Assembly: GCA_016867315.1 (NCBI GenBank)
Contig: VGJV01000004.1
Span: 37,431-101,430, forward strand
Length of the DNA: 64,000 bases
Source: Candidatus Liptonbacteria bacterium
GTDB taxonomy: Bacteria > Patescibacteriota > Minisyncoccia > UBA6257 > 2-01-FULL-56-20
Reading direction: 5' to 3'
Shown: positions 8,973-18,694 of the stretch, in pieces
Position numbering within the stretch: position 1 is the stretch's first letter
How the letters are laid out: each line of letters starts with the position of its first letter
Made by a program: the position numbers and the translations under genes
Notes under the pieces: model-generated
The model's input: only the letters and a program-made list of their open reading frames with translations
Told to the model about the DNA's origin: nothing
The model's database searches: none

Positions 8973-10298
8973 ATGAACGCGAAGCAGAAATATTTTCAAA
9001 TTGCGCGGGTAATTTGTATAAGTCTCGGACTTTTTTGGCTCGCCCTTAGCCCCGTGGCGCTTCCCATGCTTGGCACTCCCGCGGCCTTCGCCGCCGAAGA
9101 CGAAGATGAACGGGCGAGGCTTGAGGCTGAGCTCAAAGAACTGGAGGCACAGATGGATCAATATGAAGACCAAATTGCGAGTTATAAAAAACAGGGAGGC
9201 TCTCTTAAAAATGAAATCTCCTCTTTGAATAGTAAGGTAGCGAAATTGAATCTTCAGATTCAGGCAATTACCCTCACCATCCGCGAACTCGATAGAAAAA
9301 TCTCGGATACGAAATTTAAAATCCAATCCACCGAAGCCACCCTTCAGTCGCATCGGGAATCCCTCGCTGCGCTCTTGCGAAATCTCCATGCGAGCGAGCA
9401 AGAGGGGCTTTTGAGCGTATTTTTGAAAAACCCGAAACTCTCCGATTTCTTTTCGGATATGAATGGAGTCTTGGCGCTCCAGAATAATGTGCGCGTGGAG
9501 ATAGAAGAAATCTCGGGCCTGCACGAACAGTTAACGGAAGAGCAGGGCCAATTGCTTTTGGCGAAAGCGGATGCGCAAACTGCAAAAGCCTATCAGGACG
9601 CACAGAAAAAACAGGTAGACTCAGTCAAAGCCCAAAAGAACCAGCTTCTCGCAGTTACGAAGGGTCAAGAGTCGAAGTATCAAGCACTTCTCAAAGAAAC
9701 AAAAGAAAATGCCGCGAAAATCAGGAATCGCCTCTTTCAACTTTTAGGGGGAGGAGAAATGAAATTCGAAGAGGCATATGAATATGCAAAACTCGCTTCT
9801 GGAGCAACGGGAGTTAGTGCTGCGCTGATTCTCGCCGTGCTCGATAGGGAATCCGCCCTGGGGCAGAACGTGGGGAAATGCAGCTACAAAACCGCCATGA
9901 GTCCCTCAAACCGTCCTCTATTCGAAAATATTGCGAAGGATTTGGGGTTGAACCCCGAGACTCTTATGGTTTCATGCCCTAACCGGGACGGAGCCTACGG
10001 AGGCGCTATGGGACCGGCGCAATTCATTCCTTCCACGTGGAACTTATATAAGGACAAAGTAGGAAATGTAACTGGTCATCGGCCGCCTTCTCCCTGGAAT
10101 AATGCAGATGCATTCGTGGCCACCGCGCTTTATTTGAAAGACGCGGGGGGTGCGTCTGATTCCGTTGCGGATCAGCGACGAGCGGCTGCGCGTTATTACG
10201 CCGGAGGCAACTGGAGCAGATATCTTTGGACGTATGGAGAAGCGGTCGTGAGCAAAGCCCGCCGATTCGCACAAGACATCGCGGACATCACAAGCTAG
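8973..10298 (+). CDS. membrane-anchored coiled-coil protein with C-terminal lytic transglycosylase (MltB/SLT_2-like) domain
   Basis: N-terminal TM helix, about 200 aa coiled coil, C-terminal GAMGPAQFIPSTW motif as in lytic murein transglycosylase B. Confidence 0.55.
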   Translation: MNAKQKYFQIARVICISLGLFWLALSPVALPMLGTPAAFAAEDEDERARLEAELKELEAQMDQYEDQIASYKKQGGSLKNEISSLNSKVAKLNLQIQAITLTIRELDRKISDTKFKIQSTEATLQSHRESLAALLRNLHASEQEGLLSVFLKNPKLSDFFSDMNGVLALQNNVRVEIEEISGLHEQLTEEQGQLLLAKADAQTAKAYQDAQKKQVDSVKAQKNQLLAVTKGQESKYQALLKETKENAAKIRNRLFQLLGGGEMKFEEAYEYAKLASGATGVSAALILAVLDRESALGQNVGKCSYKTAMSPSNRPLFENIAKDLGLNPETLMVSCPNRDGAYGGAMGPAQFIPSTWNLYKDKVGNVTGHRPPSPWNNADAFVATALYLKDAGGASDSVADQRRAAARYYAGGNWSRYLWTYGEAVVSKARRFAQDIADITS

Positions 10299-10381
10299 TT
10301 AACGAAATCCTCATCGTGATTCCCGGAAAACGCGCCATGTTTTATTGACAGCGTTTCTTAGGTGGCTCATTATGAAGCGTA

Positions 10382-11659
10382 ATGGTTCCGACTCCTAAAA
10401 AAATAACCCTCCCGAACGGCATCCGGGTGATTCTCGTGCCTCAACCTCAAAATGTGGCGGCGACTGTTCTTATTTTGGTGGAGGCCGGTTCGGAATACGA
10501 ATCGAAAAAGATAAACGGAATCTCTCATTTTCTGGAACATCTGGTTTTTAAGGGTACGAATAAGCGTCCGAAGCCCGGCCAGATTGCGGAAGAGCTTGAT
10601 GCGCTCGGGGCGGAATATAACGCGTTTACGGGCCAAGAATACACCGGATATTGGGCCAAGGCAGAGCATCGCAAACTCCCGCATATTTTGGAACTTATCT
10701 CAGATTTATATTTGAACCCCATATTTAACCCTGCAGAGATAGAAAAAGAGAGGGGAGTAGTGATCGAAGAAATCAATATGTATGAAGACACCCCGATGCG
10801 GCGGGTGCAAGAACTTTTTAGTCGGGCGCTCTACGGAGATCAGCCCGCGGGCTGGGACATTGCCGGCGAAAAAGAAATTATTCGACGTCTCACTCGTGAT
10901 GAAATAATCGAATACCGGCAGGCGCATTACGTCCCTCAAGCCACGACCGTAGTGATCGCAGGGAATTTCAATGCCGCGAAAGGACTAGACAAAATACGCG
11001 GCACTTTTGGAGAACTGAAACCCGCCGCGAAAACGAAGAAGCCGCGCACCCGATTGGGGAAACCGGCCGAGCGTATCCTCACTAAATTTAAAGAGTCAGA
11101 TCAGTCTCATATAGTAGTAGGGGTTCCGGCGTGCACCTTGATGGATGAGAAGCGGCGTTTCCCTCTCGAAGTGCTGGGAAATGTCTTAGGAGGAGGAATG
11201 AGTTCCAGGCTGTTCCGAAAAGTTCGGGAGGAATTGGGAGCTGCCTATTATGTAAGGGCCGGAGGTGATTACTCTATGGATCACGGGCATTTTGCGGTTT
11301 CCGTGGGTGCGGATCACTCCAAGGTTCCCGTGGTGCTCAAAGCCATTATCGAAGAAATGAAACGCCTCACGACCGAGCCGGTGGGCAAAAAAGAACTTGA
11401 TAAAGCCAAGGATCACATCATTGGGGGAATTTTCCTCGGCATCGAAACCTCGGATGAGCTGGCGAGCTTTTATGGAGGGCAGGAAATCCTTACCCGGAAG
11501 CTCGAAAGCCCCGAAGCCATCGTGAAAAAGATCCAAAAAGTGACCCCGGAGGACATCCGGGCCGTGGCCAAAACCTTCTTCAAAGACCCGATGCTTTCCT
11601 TAACTGCCATCGGGCCCTACAAAGACAAGCGCCAATTCCAGAAACTTTTGCGCTTGTAG
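10382..11659 (+). CDS. M16-family zinc peptidase (insulinase/pitrilysin-like)
   Basis: HFLEHLVFKGT inverted zincin HxxEH motif near N-terminus; 425 aa two-domain M16 architecture. Confidence 0.8.
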   Translation: MVPTPKKITLPNGIRVILVPQPQNVAATVLILVEAGSEYESKKINGISHFLEHLVFKGTNKRPKPGQIAEELDALGAEYNAFTGQEYTGYWAKAEHRKLPHILELISDLYLNPIFNPAEIEKERGVVIEEINMYEDTPMRRVQELFSRALYGDQPAGWDIAGEKEIIRRLTRDEIIEYRQAHYVPQATTVVIAGNFNAAKGLDKIRGTFGELKPAAKTKKPRTRLGKPAERILTKFKESDQSHIVVGVPACTLMDEKRRFPLEVLGNVLGGGMSSRLFRKVREELGAAYYVRAGGDYSMDHGHFAVSVGADHSKVPVVLKAIIEEMKRLTTEPVGKKELDKAKDHIIGGIFLGIETSDELASFYGGQEILTRKLESPEAIVKKIQKVTPEDIRAVAKTFFKDPMLSLTAIGPYKDKRQFQKLLRL

Positions 11660-11708
11660 TCCGTTATTTAGAGTAAGCACTCCCCGAAAAGGAGGGTTTT
11701 AGGTTAGG

Positions 11709-11978
11709 AGCCTATCTCACAAATACTCATGTCTCGCGATACGAACCAATTTTATGAAGCTCAAGGAGCCAGGCCGACGACGTACTCGGAGAGTACGATG
11801 AGGCCGCAGCAACGCAGAGATGCGGAAAATTGGCCGTATCCCTCTGGGTTTCGTCTCTTTTCTCGCTCCGCCTTGTTGCTCCTCGGAGCTGTGCCTCAAG
11901 CACTAATCTCCTCGTCGCGCCTCGCGTATCAAGAAAAGAGTCGGAAACGCGAAAGTATGATATTTGTGAGATAGGCTC
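11709..11978. repeat. 18-bp perfect inverted repeat flanking a 234-bp structured, non-coding segment (candidate small ncRNA or MITE-like element)
   Basis: GAGCCTATCTCACAAATA at 11709-11726 and its reverse complement TATTTGTGAGATAGGCTC at 11961-11978; interior contains further hairpins (CGTACTCGGAGAGTACG, CGCAGAGATGCG); the small ORFs inside on both strands have no coding signal. Confidence 0.4.
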
Positions 11979-11980
11979 TA

Positions 11981-13003
11981 ATGGAGAAGAAAGTGATAGA
12001 AATTTCATGGGCCAGCCTTTGGCGGATCCTTATTTTTGGCGTGTTTGTGGCTGCCCTCTATATCGGAAGAGAAATTGTGCTCGGGGTATTCTTGGCGCTT
12101 GTGATATCCTCGGGCTTGGAGGTCGCAGTGAGCTTCTTGGAGCGAAAGGGGCTGCCGAGGACATTCGGGGTAATTCTCGTATTTTTGATAGGGCTCATGG
12201 CGCTTTCTTTGGTGATTTACACGGTGATTCCTTTTGCCATAGTAGATTTGAATAGCGTGCTCGCCAATTTGGGTAAAAGCGCGTCAAATTCTTGGTGGGG
12301 TTCAATAATTACTCCCGAAGCCACTCAATCCGTAAGTGAATTCGCCAACCGTTTCTCCCAGGTGCTTTTTTATGGCGACGTATCTCCCTTCGCAATTTTC
12401 TCTCGAGCGCTAGGGAATATGGTATTGGGGGTAGCGATTCTCGTAAGCTCGTTCTACTTGAGTTTAAGTAAGGACGGAGTGGAGCGTTTCATTAAAGTAG
12501 TATTTCCGCCGGATTATGAAGCGGCCGCCTTGCGTATTTATCAGCGCTCGCGGAAAAAAATCGGCTTTTGGTTCCGAACGCAAATTTTACTTTCGTTCTT
12601 AGTAGGATTACTCACCTGGGCCGCGCTCTTTATGTTGGGGGTTCGGCATGCCTTCCTTATCGGGGTGCTTTCGGGAATATTTGAGCTTGTGCCTTTTGCG
12701 GGACCTATTATCGCGGGCGCGATCGGAGTGCTTTCCGCCTTCGCGACCTCTCCTTCGCTTGCGTTTTACACGTTGCTCGTCTTTATTGCGATCCAGCAAT
12801 TGGAATCCCATGTACTTGTGCCCCTTATTACAAACAAAGCGGTAGGACTTCACCCGGTGATAGTGATCGTGTCAATTCTTATTGGTGCGGAAGTGGCGGG
12901 CTTTTGGGGAGCGTTGATCGCAGTTCCCGCGGCCGCAGTGTTTCAGGAAATTGCTGAAGATTGGTCTTCGATGAAACGAGGGAAGACGGCGGTCACTGTG
13001 TAA
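11981..13003 (+). CDS. AI-2E family transporter (PerM/UPF0118 permease)
   Basis: 340 aa, about 8 TM helices, typical AI-2E layout with conserved C-terminal amphipathic region. Confidence 0.7.
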   Translation: MEKKVIEISWASLWRILIFGVFVAALYIGREIVLGVFLALVISSGLEVAVSFLERKGLPRTFGVILVFLIGLMALSLVIYTVIPFAIVDLNSVLANLGKSASNSWWGSIITPEATQSVSEFANRFSQVLFYGDVSPFAIFSRALGNMVLGVAILVSSFYLSLSKDGVERFIKVVFPPDYEAAALRIYQRSRKKIGFWFRTQILLSFLVGLLTWAALFMLGVRHAFLIGVLSGIFELVPFAGPIIAGAIGVLSAFATSPSLAFYTLLVFIAIQQLESHVLVPLITNKAVGLHPVIVIVSILIGAEVAGFWGALIAVPAAAVFQEIAEDWSSMKRGKTAVTV

Positions 13004-13036
13004 GATTCGAAGCGGCTTATTGGTGATTAGTCATTT

Positions 13037-14557
13037 TTGAGGTATATTCGGGGTATTGTGGCTCAAAAATTCTACATTACGACGACGTTGCCGTATGTAA
13101 ATGCCGCGCCGCATATCGGCTTTGCATTGGAACTTGCCCAAGCGGATGCGATCGCACGGCACCAAGCCTCTCAAAATAAAGAGGTTTTTTTGAACACTGG
13201 TACGGATGAACACGGCCTAAAGATTTATGAGAAGGCCAAAGAAGAGGGAAAAACTCCTCAGGAGTTTGTAGATGAATATGCAGAGAAGTTTCGAGGGCTA
13301 GTGGAAGCCATGAATGTGAAGTGCTCCAAGTTTATTCGTACTACCGAGCCAGAGCATAAAAAAGCGGCAGCTGAGTTTTGGAAGCGATGCGTGGCGAATG
13401 TAAATGAAAAAGGAGAGTCGGATATTTATAAAGCCAAGTATGAAACGAAATATTGTGTGGGGTGCGAGTTGGAGAAAACCGACTCCGAATTAATAGAAGG
13501 AAAATGCCCGATTCACCCTAATTTAAAAATTGAAGAACGTGAAGAAGAAAACTATTTTTTCCGTTTTTCTCGATATGAAAAACCTCTCTTGGAGCTCTAT
13601 GAAGAGTGTACGGATTTTGTGGTGCCGGATTTCCGTCTTGAGGAAATTCGAAGTTTTGTGAGCGCCGGCCTTAAAGACTTCAGCATCTCGAGATTAAAAG
13701 CAAAAATGCCGTGGGGAGTGCCAGTACCCGGAGATCCGAAGCACGTGATGTATGTATGGTTTGATGCGCTGATAAACTACATCTCCACATTGGGATGGCC
13801 CGCAAATGAGAAGACTTTCACGAGCTACTGGGGCACGAAAAGTTCTCGGAGCGGATTTCAAATTGCGGGGAAGGATAACTTGCGCCAGCAGTCTGCAATG
13901 TGGCAAGCAATGCTTATGTCCGCAGAATTACCGAACTCTCGAAAAATTTTTATCCATGGCTTCATTACGAGCGAAGGCGAAAAAATGTCGAAATCGCTGG
14001 GGAATGTGGTAGATCCGATGAAGGTAATAGGCCAATACGGCGCAGACCCTGTCCGTTACTATTTGCTTCGCGAAATCCCTACCGGCGAAGATGGAGACTG
14101 GAGCGAAACCAAATTCAAAGAGCGGTATAATGCTGACTTGGCGAACGGTCTCGGCAACTTTGTGGCGCGGGTCACGGCGCTTGCTGCGCGGGAGAAAAAA
14201 ATCGCGCGCGCGCACGAGGTGCCAAAAGAAGTGTTCGATCGCATTAAGGAAACCAGAAAAGATGTATCGCAAAAGATCGAAGCGTTCCGATTGCATGAAG
14301 CCCTCGCCAGTCTTTGGGCGCTTATTACCTTTGGAGACGAATATGTAAATCAAAAAGAGCCCTGGAAAATGGAGAATGAAGAAGAAAGAGTAGAAGTGAT
14401 ATTTACGTTACTCTCGATCTTGAGCGAAGTAGGGGAGATGCTTAAACCTTTCTTACCCGCGACTGCCGAAAAAATCCTTGCTTCGGTAGAATGGCAGAGC
14501 GAAGACGACACAATAAAAATAAACCGCGGCCCCGCATTGTTTCCTAGGCTCGAATAG
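13037..14557 (+). CDS. metG: methionyl-tRNA synthetase (short form, no C-terminal tRNA-binding domain); probable GTG start at 13058
   Basis: PHIGFALE (HIGH-class motif), zinc knuckle CVGCE...CPIHP, WFDALINYIS, KMSKSLGNVVDP (KMSKS) motifs. Confidence 0.85.
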   Translation: MRYIRGIVAQKFYITTTLPYVNAAPHIGFALELAQADAIARHQASQNKEVFLNTGTDEHGLKIYEKAKEEGKTPQEFVDEYAEKFRGLVEAMNVKCSKFIRTTEPEHKKAAAEFWKRCVANVNEKGESDIYKAKYETKYCVGCELEKTDSELIEGKCPIHPNLKIEEREEENYFFRFSRYEKPLLELYEECTDFVVPDFRLEEIRSFVSAGLKDFSISRLKAKMPWGVPVPGDPKHVMYVWFDALINYISTLGWPANEKTFTSYWGTKSSRSGFQIAGKDNLRQQSAMWQAMLMSAELPNSRKIFIHGFITSEGEKMSKSLGNVVDPMKVIGQYGADPVRYYLLREIPTGEDGDWSETKFKERYNADLANGLGNFVARVTALAAREKKIARAHEVPKEVFDRIKETRKDVSQKIEAFRLHEALASLWALITFGDEYVNQKEPWKMENEEERVEVIFTLLSILSEVGEMLKPFLPATAEKILASVEWQSEDDTIKINRGPALFPRLE

Positions 14558-14603
14558 CGAATTCCGAATCATTCACAATTCCAAATTCTATATTCCCAAT
14601 TCC

Positions 14604-15473
14604 ATGTATTTCGACGCTCACACGCACACGCACTTTGCGGCATTCCAAAATGATTGGAAGGAAGTCATGGAGCGGGCGCTTGCCGCGGGAATTTGGATGG
14701 TGAACATCGGCACGCAGAAAGATACTTCCAAAAAAGCGGTGGAAGTGGCGCATGAGTTTAAGGAAGGGGTCTATGCAGCGGTAGGCATTCACCCCCTCCA
14801 TACTTCGAAATCTCATCACGACGCCGAAGAGTTAGGAGGAGGAGAAGCGACGAAAGCTTTCACTAGTCGGGGAGAGATTTTCGATCACGATTATTATCTA
14901 AAACTGGCACGGGATCCTAAAACGGTGGCAATCGGAGAATGCGGCCTCGATTACTACCATGTGCCTCCGGACGCTCAAACTGCACCCGACCTTGAGGAGA
15001 GTAAAGTAAGGCAAAAAGAGGCCTTTATAGAGCACATTAAGCTCGCCCAGGAAGTGGGGAAGCCGCTCATGATTCATTGCCGAGATGGAAAGAAAAATGC
15101 TACGGGTCCTGCCTATGACGATTTGATTGCAATTTTAGAAGCGCACAAGCTCGCCGGGGCTTTTGTAAGTCACTCATTCGTGCGAGACATCAGACTAGCC
15201 AAAAAACTTTCGGAACTCGGTTCCTATTTTACCTTCAATGGCATCATCACGTTTACGGAAGATTATGACGAAACCATCCGTTCTATTCCCTTGGATAGAA
15301 TTTTGACGGAAACCGATGCCCCCTATCTCACTCCCGTGCCATATCGCGGCAAGCGCAATGAACCGGGATACGTAGTGGAGATTGTAAAGAAGCTCGCAGA
15401 ATTGAAGAACGTGCCTCTCGAAGAGATGGCGAACATCACTTTTGAGAACGCTCGAAGAGTGTTTAATATATAG
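14604..15473 (+). CDS. tatD: TatD-family metal-dependent hydrolase/DNase
   Basis: YFDAHTHTHF N-terminus, GECGLDYY, MIHCRD, ETDAPYLTPVPYRGKRNEP signature. Confidence 0.85.
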   Translation: MYFDAHTHTHFAAFQNDWKEVMERALAAGIWMVNIGTQKDTSKKAVEVAHEFKEGVYAAVGIHPLHTSKSHHDAEELGGGEATKAFTSRGEIFDHDYYLKLARDPKTVAIGECGLDYYHVPPDAQTAPDLEESKVRQKEAFIEHIKLAQEVGKPLMIHCRDGKKNATGPAYDDLIAILEAHKLAGAFVSHSFVRDIRLAKKLSELGSYFTFNGIITFTEDYDETIRSIPLDRILTETDAPYLTPVPYRGKRNEPGYVVEIVKKLAELKNVPLEEMANITFENARRVFNI

Positions 15474-15512
15474 ATATTCTTAATCCCGACGATCGTCGGG
15501 ATTAAGAATATT
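15474..15512. terminator. perfect about 38-bp palindrome between convergent tatD and M24 peptidase genes (bidirectional terminator candidate)
   Basis: ATATTCTTAATCCCGACG|ATCGTCGGGATTAAGAATAT. Confidence 0.4.
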
Positions 15513-15519
15513 TTGGGTA

Positions 15520-16290
15520 TCAAGTTTTAATTATGTGGCGCTGCAGGGAGGTAGTGATTATAAGCTTACAACGGGAATCAATATAAAAATTAATCTCACT
15601 CCGAATCCCGAATTTACCCGGAAGATAAATCCCGGGTTCTATCGTATACCCCACATTTTTTTGGAGCCGTTGAGGAAATTTCGGACTAATATTGACTCCT
15701 TTTCCGTGAGGGGAAGCAAAGCCGATACAGTGCCCTCCATGATAAAAATATTCTCCGTAGCCAGCACTCCATATTGCCTGGCGAGCAACAAGATCGATTT
15801 CCGCTCCAGTGGGAATTTTCTTTTTTTCTAAGTTGTTTTCTAGATATTTCACACAGGCATCCCGAGCGCCAATAACAATATCGAAAACCTTCTGGATCTC
15901 TGAAGGTATTTTTCGGCCGTGAAACGCAACCCAAGTGATATCGGCGAAAGGAGATCGTGATTTGCGAAGGCGGGCCCAAATATCAAGGAGTATTAAAGTA
16001 TTCGGAGCGAGTTTCGCTGAATTTTCGGAGGGAGGAAAGTAATGAATGCTTGCTGCATGTTCGTTGAATGCCACGATTTGAGTGTCGAAAGGTTTAGGCG
16101 AAGCTAAGTTATTTTTTCTAAATTCTTCCCGCACAAACTGTTCGATTTCATATTCCGTTATCTTGGGATGTGAGCGAACATACTCCCAAACATGCCGGGT
16201 AATAGAAGTAAGGAGGTCTGCGGCACGCGAGTGTCTCGCAATTTCTCCTGAATCCCATCCCGTTAGAAATTTACGCGATGAATTTTTCAT
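15520..16290 (-). CDS. M24-family peptidase (Xaa-Pro aminopeptidase/creatinase fold)
   Basis: Pita-bread fold signatures incl. HGGHCIG and C-terminal GYTIEPGIY; 256 aa. Confidence 0.6.
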   Translation of the reverse strand: MKNSSRKFLTGWDSGEIARHSRAADLLTSITRHVWEYVRSHPKITEYEIEQFVREEFRKNNLASPKPFDTQIVAFNEHAASIHYFPPSENSAKLAPNTLILLDIWARLRKSRSPFADITWVAFHGRKIPSEIQKVFDIVIGARDACVKYLENNLEKKKIPTGAEIDLVARQAIWSAGYGEYFYHGGHCIGFASPHGKGVNISPKFPQRLQKNVGYTIEPGIYLPGKFGIRSEINFYIDSRCKLIITTSLQRHIIKT

Positions 16291-16349
16291 AACGTTACAC
16301 CATTCTTTTTATTGTTGATCCGCTCTGCGAGAAGAATTAGCCGCTATTT

Positions 16350-16865
16350 CTAACGGGACCGGAATAATTCGATAGTGTTAGCCACTTCCTCGCGGATTCC
16401 TTTGATGCAGTCGTATTGTGTGATCTCTTCTGCATTTACCCAGGCGTGAGCCGAGAAAGAGTCTTTCTCCAGTATGACTTCTCCGGATTTATATTTTGCG
16501 GCGAACTTAACCAATACGACCGGAATTCCATCGGGTCGCACAAAAGCCACGCTGTTCAAATATCGAAGCTCTTTTTCAATTTCTATCCCAGCTTCTTCAC
16601 GAACTTCTCGCGCAAGCAGCTCTTCTATGGCATTTTCAAAATCCAAAACGTCCCCGTTTATTCGGGTAGGATGTCGGAGATCGAGTGCATTCCATTCCAG
16701 TTTCCCTCCCGGTACGCAATATTTCCCCGGATGCACTTTTTCCCTATCGTTGCGTTTCAATATCAAGCAGCGACTATCCGAGGGTCGGTAAATAGCCACG
16801 TTCGCTACAAAGTAAAACAGCTTATCGCTTTTGGCATGTTCCAAACTTATTTTTTCTGCAGGCAT
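16350..16865 (-). CDS. NUDIX hydrolase
   Basis: Nudix box GGKLEW...AREVREEAGIEIE (GX5EX7REVXEEXGU). Confidence 0.75.
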   Translation of the reverse strand: MPAEKISLEHAKSDKLFYFVANVAIYRPSDSRCLILKRNDREKVHPGKYCVPGGKLEWNALDLRHPTRINGDVLDFENAIEELLAREVREEAGIEIEKELRYLNSVAFVRPDGIPVVLVKFAAKYKSGEVILEKDSFSAHAWVNAEEITQYDCIKGIREEVANTIELFRSR

Positions 16866-16888
16866 GAAATTGAATGGAGAATTATGAA

Positions 16889-17500
16889 TTAAGAATTATG
16901 CATAATTCCGTTGCGCGCGAGCGCAACAGTATAGGTTTTCCCTTGCCGCACTTTTTCGTAATTGCCGAATACCTCCTGAAAGTTTCTCTTCACAAATTCT
17001 TTGAGGCCGGAGACGGTAACAAGATATATCTTTCCTCCGGGTTTCAAATGCGTTTTGGCATCGTGGAGAAATATCGAAAGCAGTTCTCGTCCACCTTGCG
17101 CGGGAGGATTTGAAAGAATTACATCGAACTTTTTGTCGGGAGCTACGTGACTCAAAAGATTGCTTAAGTACGCGGTCGCATGCGCAAGACGATTCTTCGA
17201 GGCATTCTTTTTTGCATAGTTCACCGCCACGAAATCTTTATCGACAAGGTCTACGGTGCCTTGAGGCGCGAGAGCGGCGGCAAAAAGCCCGAGTACTCCG
17301 TAGCCGCAGCCCACATCGAGAATCGCATCCGTAGGGCGAATTTCCATTTCTTCGATCAAAAGCCGCGACCCTTCGTCCACCGCCGTGGGGCTAAAAAGCC
17401 CCCAGGTAGCATGAAAGGTGAGTGAATGCTCCCGCAGAGAGGCGGAGAAGACATTATCTTCTTTTAAATCCTCGATTTTTTCGGGAGGGAGAGGCGCCAT
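16889..17500 (-). CDS. class I SAM-dependent methyltransferase (RsmC/RlmG-like small MTase domain)
   Basis: ILDVGCGYGVLG (motif I) and VILSNPPAQGG (N-methyltransferase NPPx motif). Confidence 0.6.
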   Translation of the reverse strand: MAPLPPEKIEDLKEDNVFSASLREHSLTFHATWGLFSPTAVDEGSRLLIEEMEIRPTDAILDVGCGYGVLGLFAAALAPQGTVDLVDKDFVAVNYAKKNASKNRLAHATAYLSNLLSHVAPDKKFDVILSNPPAQGGRELLSIFLHDAKTHLKPGGKIYLVTVSGLKEFVKRNFQEVFGNYEKVRQGKTYTVALARNGIMHNS

Positions 17501-17541
17501 ATATGCTTCGGATTCTAGCGCCTTTTTGGTAAAATAAAAAC

Positions 17542-18525
17542 ATGGCTGACTATACGGGCATGAGTACGACGAGACCGCGAACTACGGCGGGGGATTTTTT
17601 CTTGCATTTGGGAGTGGTAGCCACGCTCTATTTTGCCGCAGGGAATCTCATTTCTTTACTATTCGACATTATAAATATTGCTTTCCCAGATAGGCTTTCT
17701 CGAGTCACGGATTTCTATTCTTCAGGCATCCGCTTTGCACTCGCGTCGCTCATCATCATTTTCCCGTTATATTTATACTTGAACCGCTATCTTGCGCGCG
17801 ACATGGATCGCTCGCCGGAGAAGCGTGATTTAGGGATCCGCAAATGGCTCTTCTACTTCACTCTTTTTCTTGCGGGCGCGATCGTAGCGGGGGATTTAGT
17901 GGCGGTGTTGAACACCTTTTTGCGCGGAGAGATCACGGTGCGATTTATATTGAAAGCCCTTACCGTACTTCTCGTGGCGGGCAGCGTATTTTGGTATTAC
18001 CTTAAAGAACTGCGTTCTGCGACGCCCGGCTCACTTACGCGAGTATGGAATATTGGCTCAGGAGTTGTAGTGCTTGCCGCAGTGATTGGCGGGTTCATGG
18101 TGAGCGGCTCTCCCATGCGGGCGCGCGACTTGCGTTTCGATGAACAGCGGGTAGGCGATCTTCAAAATATCCAGTGGCAGGTGGTGAACTACTGGCAGAC
18201 CAAAGGTAAATTACCCGCATCGCTTGCCGAACTCAAAGACCCGATCGGAGGCTATGAAGCGCCTCGCGATCCCTTAACCGATGCGGCCTACGAGTATTCC
18301 GTAAAAGGTGAGCGAGTTTTCTCTTTGTGCGCCACCTTCGCGCTACCCACCCGCACGGATGCGTTCGGAAAATCGATTTCTGAAAGCTACTATGGTCCCT
18401 CGACGGGAGATAATTGGCAGCACGAGGAGGGAAGAACTTGTTTCGACCGCACAATCGATCCTGAGCGTTATCCGCCTCGCACCTCTGAACCTGTTCCCGT
18501 GAAGCCAATCCCGGCACCGAGATAG
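17542..18525 (+). CDS. hypothetical polytopic membrane protein with C-terminal soluble domain
   Basis: 327 aa; about 6 TM helices in N-terminal 190 aa; no family recognised. Confidence 0.4.
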   Translation: MADYTGMSTTRPRTTAGDFFLHLGVVATLYFAAGNLISLLFDIINIAFPDRLSRVTDFYSSGIRFALASLIIIFPLYLYLNRYLARDMDRSPEKRDLGIRKWLFYFTLFLAGAIVAGDLVAVLNTFLRGEITVRFILKALTVLLVAGSVFWYYLKELRSATPGSLTRVWNIGSGVVVLAAVIGGFMVSGSPMRARDLRFDEQRVGDLQNIQWQVVNYWQTKGKLPASLAELKDPIGGYEAPRDPLTDAAYEYSVKGERVFSLCATFALPTRTDAFGKSISESYYGPSTGDNWQHEEGRTCFDRTIDPERYPPRTSEPVPVKPIPAPR

Positions 18526-18694
18526 CGCAACTCTTGCCTTTTTCATTAAATAATGGTATAGATTACCCACTGCTCTTTGAGAGTTTATATCGCGTGAAAT
18601 ACAAGTAGCGGCGAGCTCCCAAAGGCACTAGCGTCAAGTCCTCATTTTTGAATGGTGGACGGGACGCACATCGAAAGAAAGGAGAATTGTCCTT

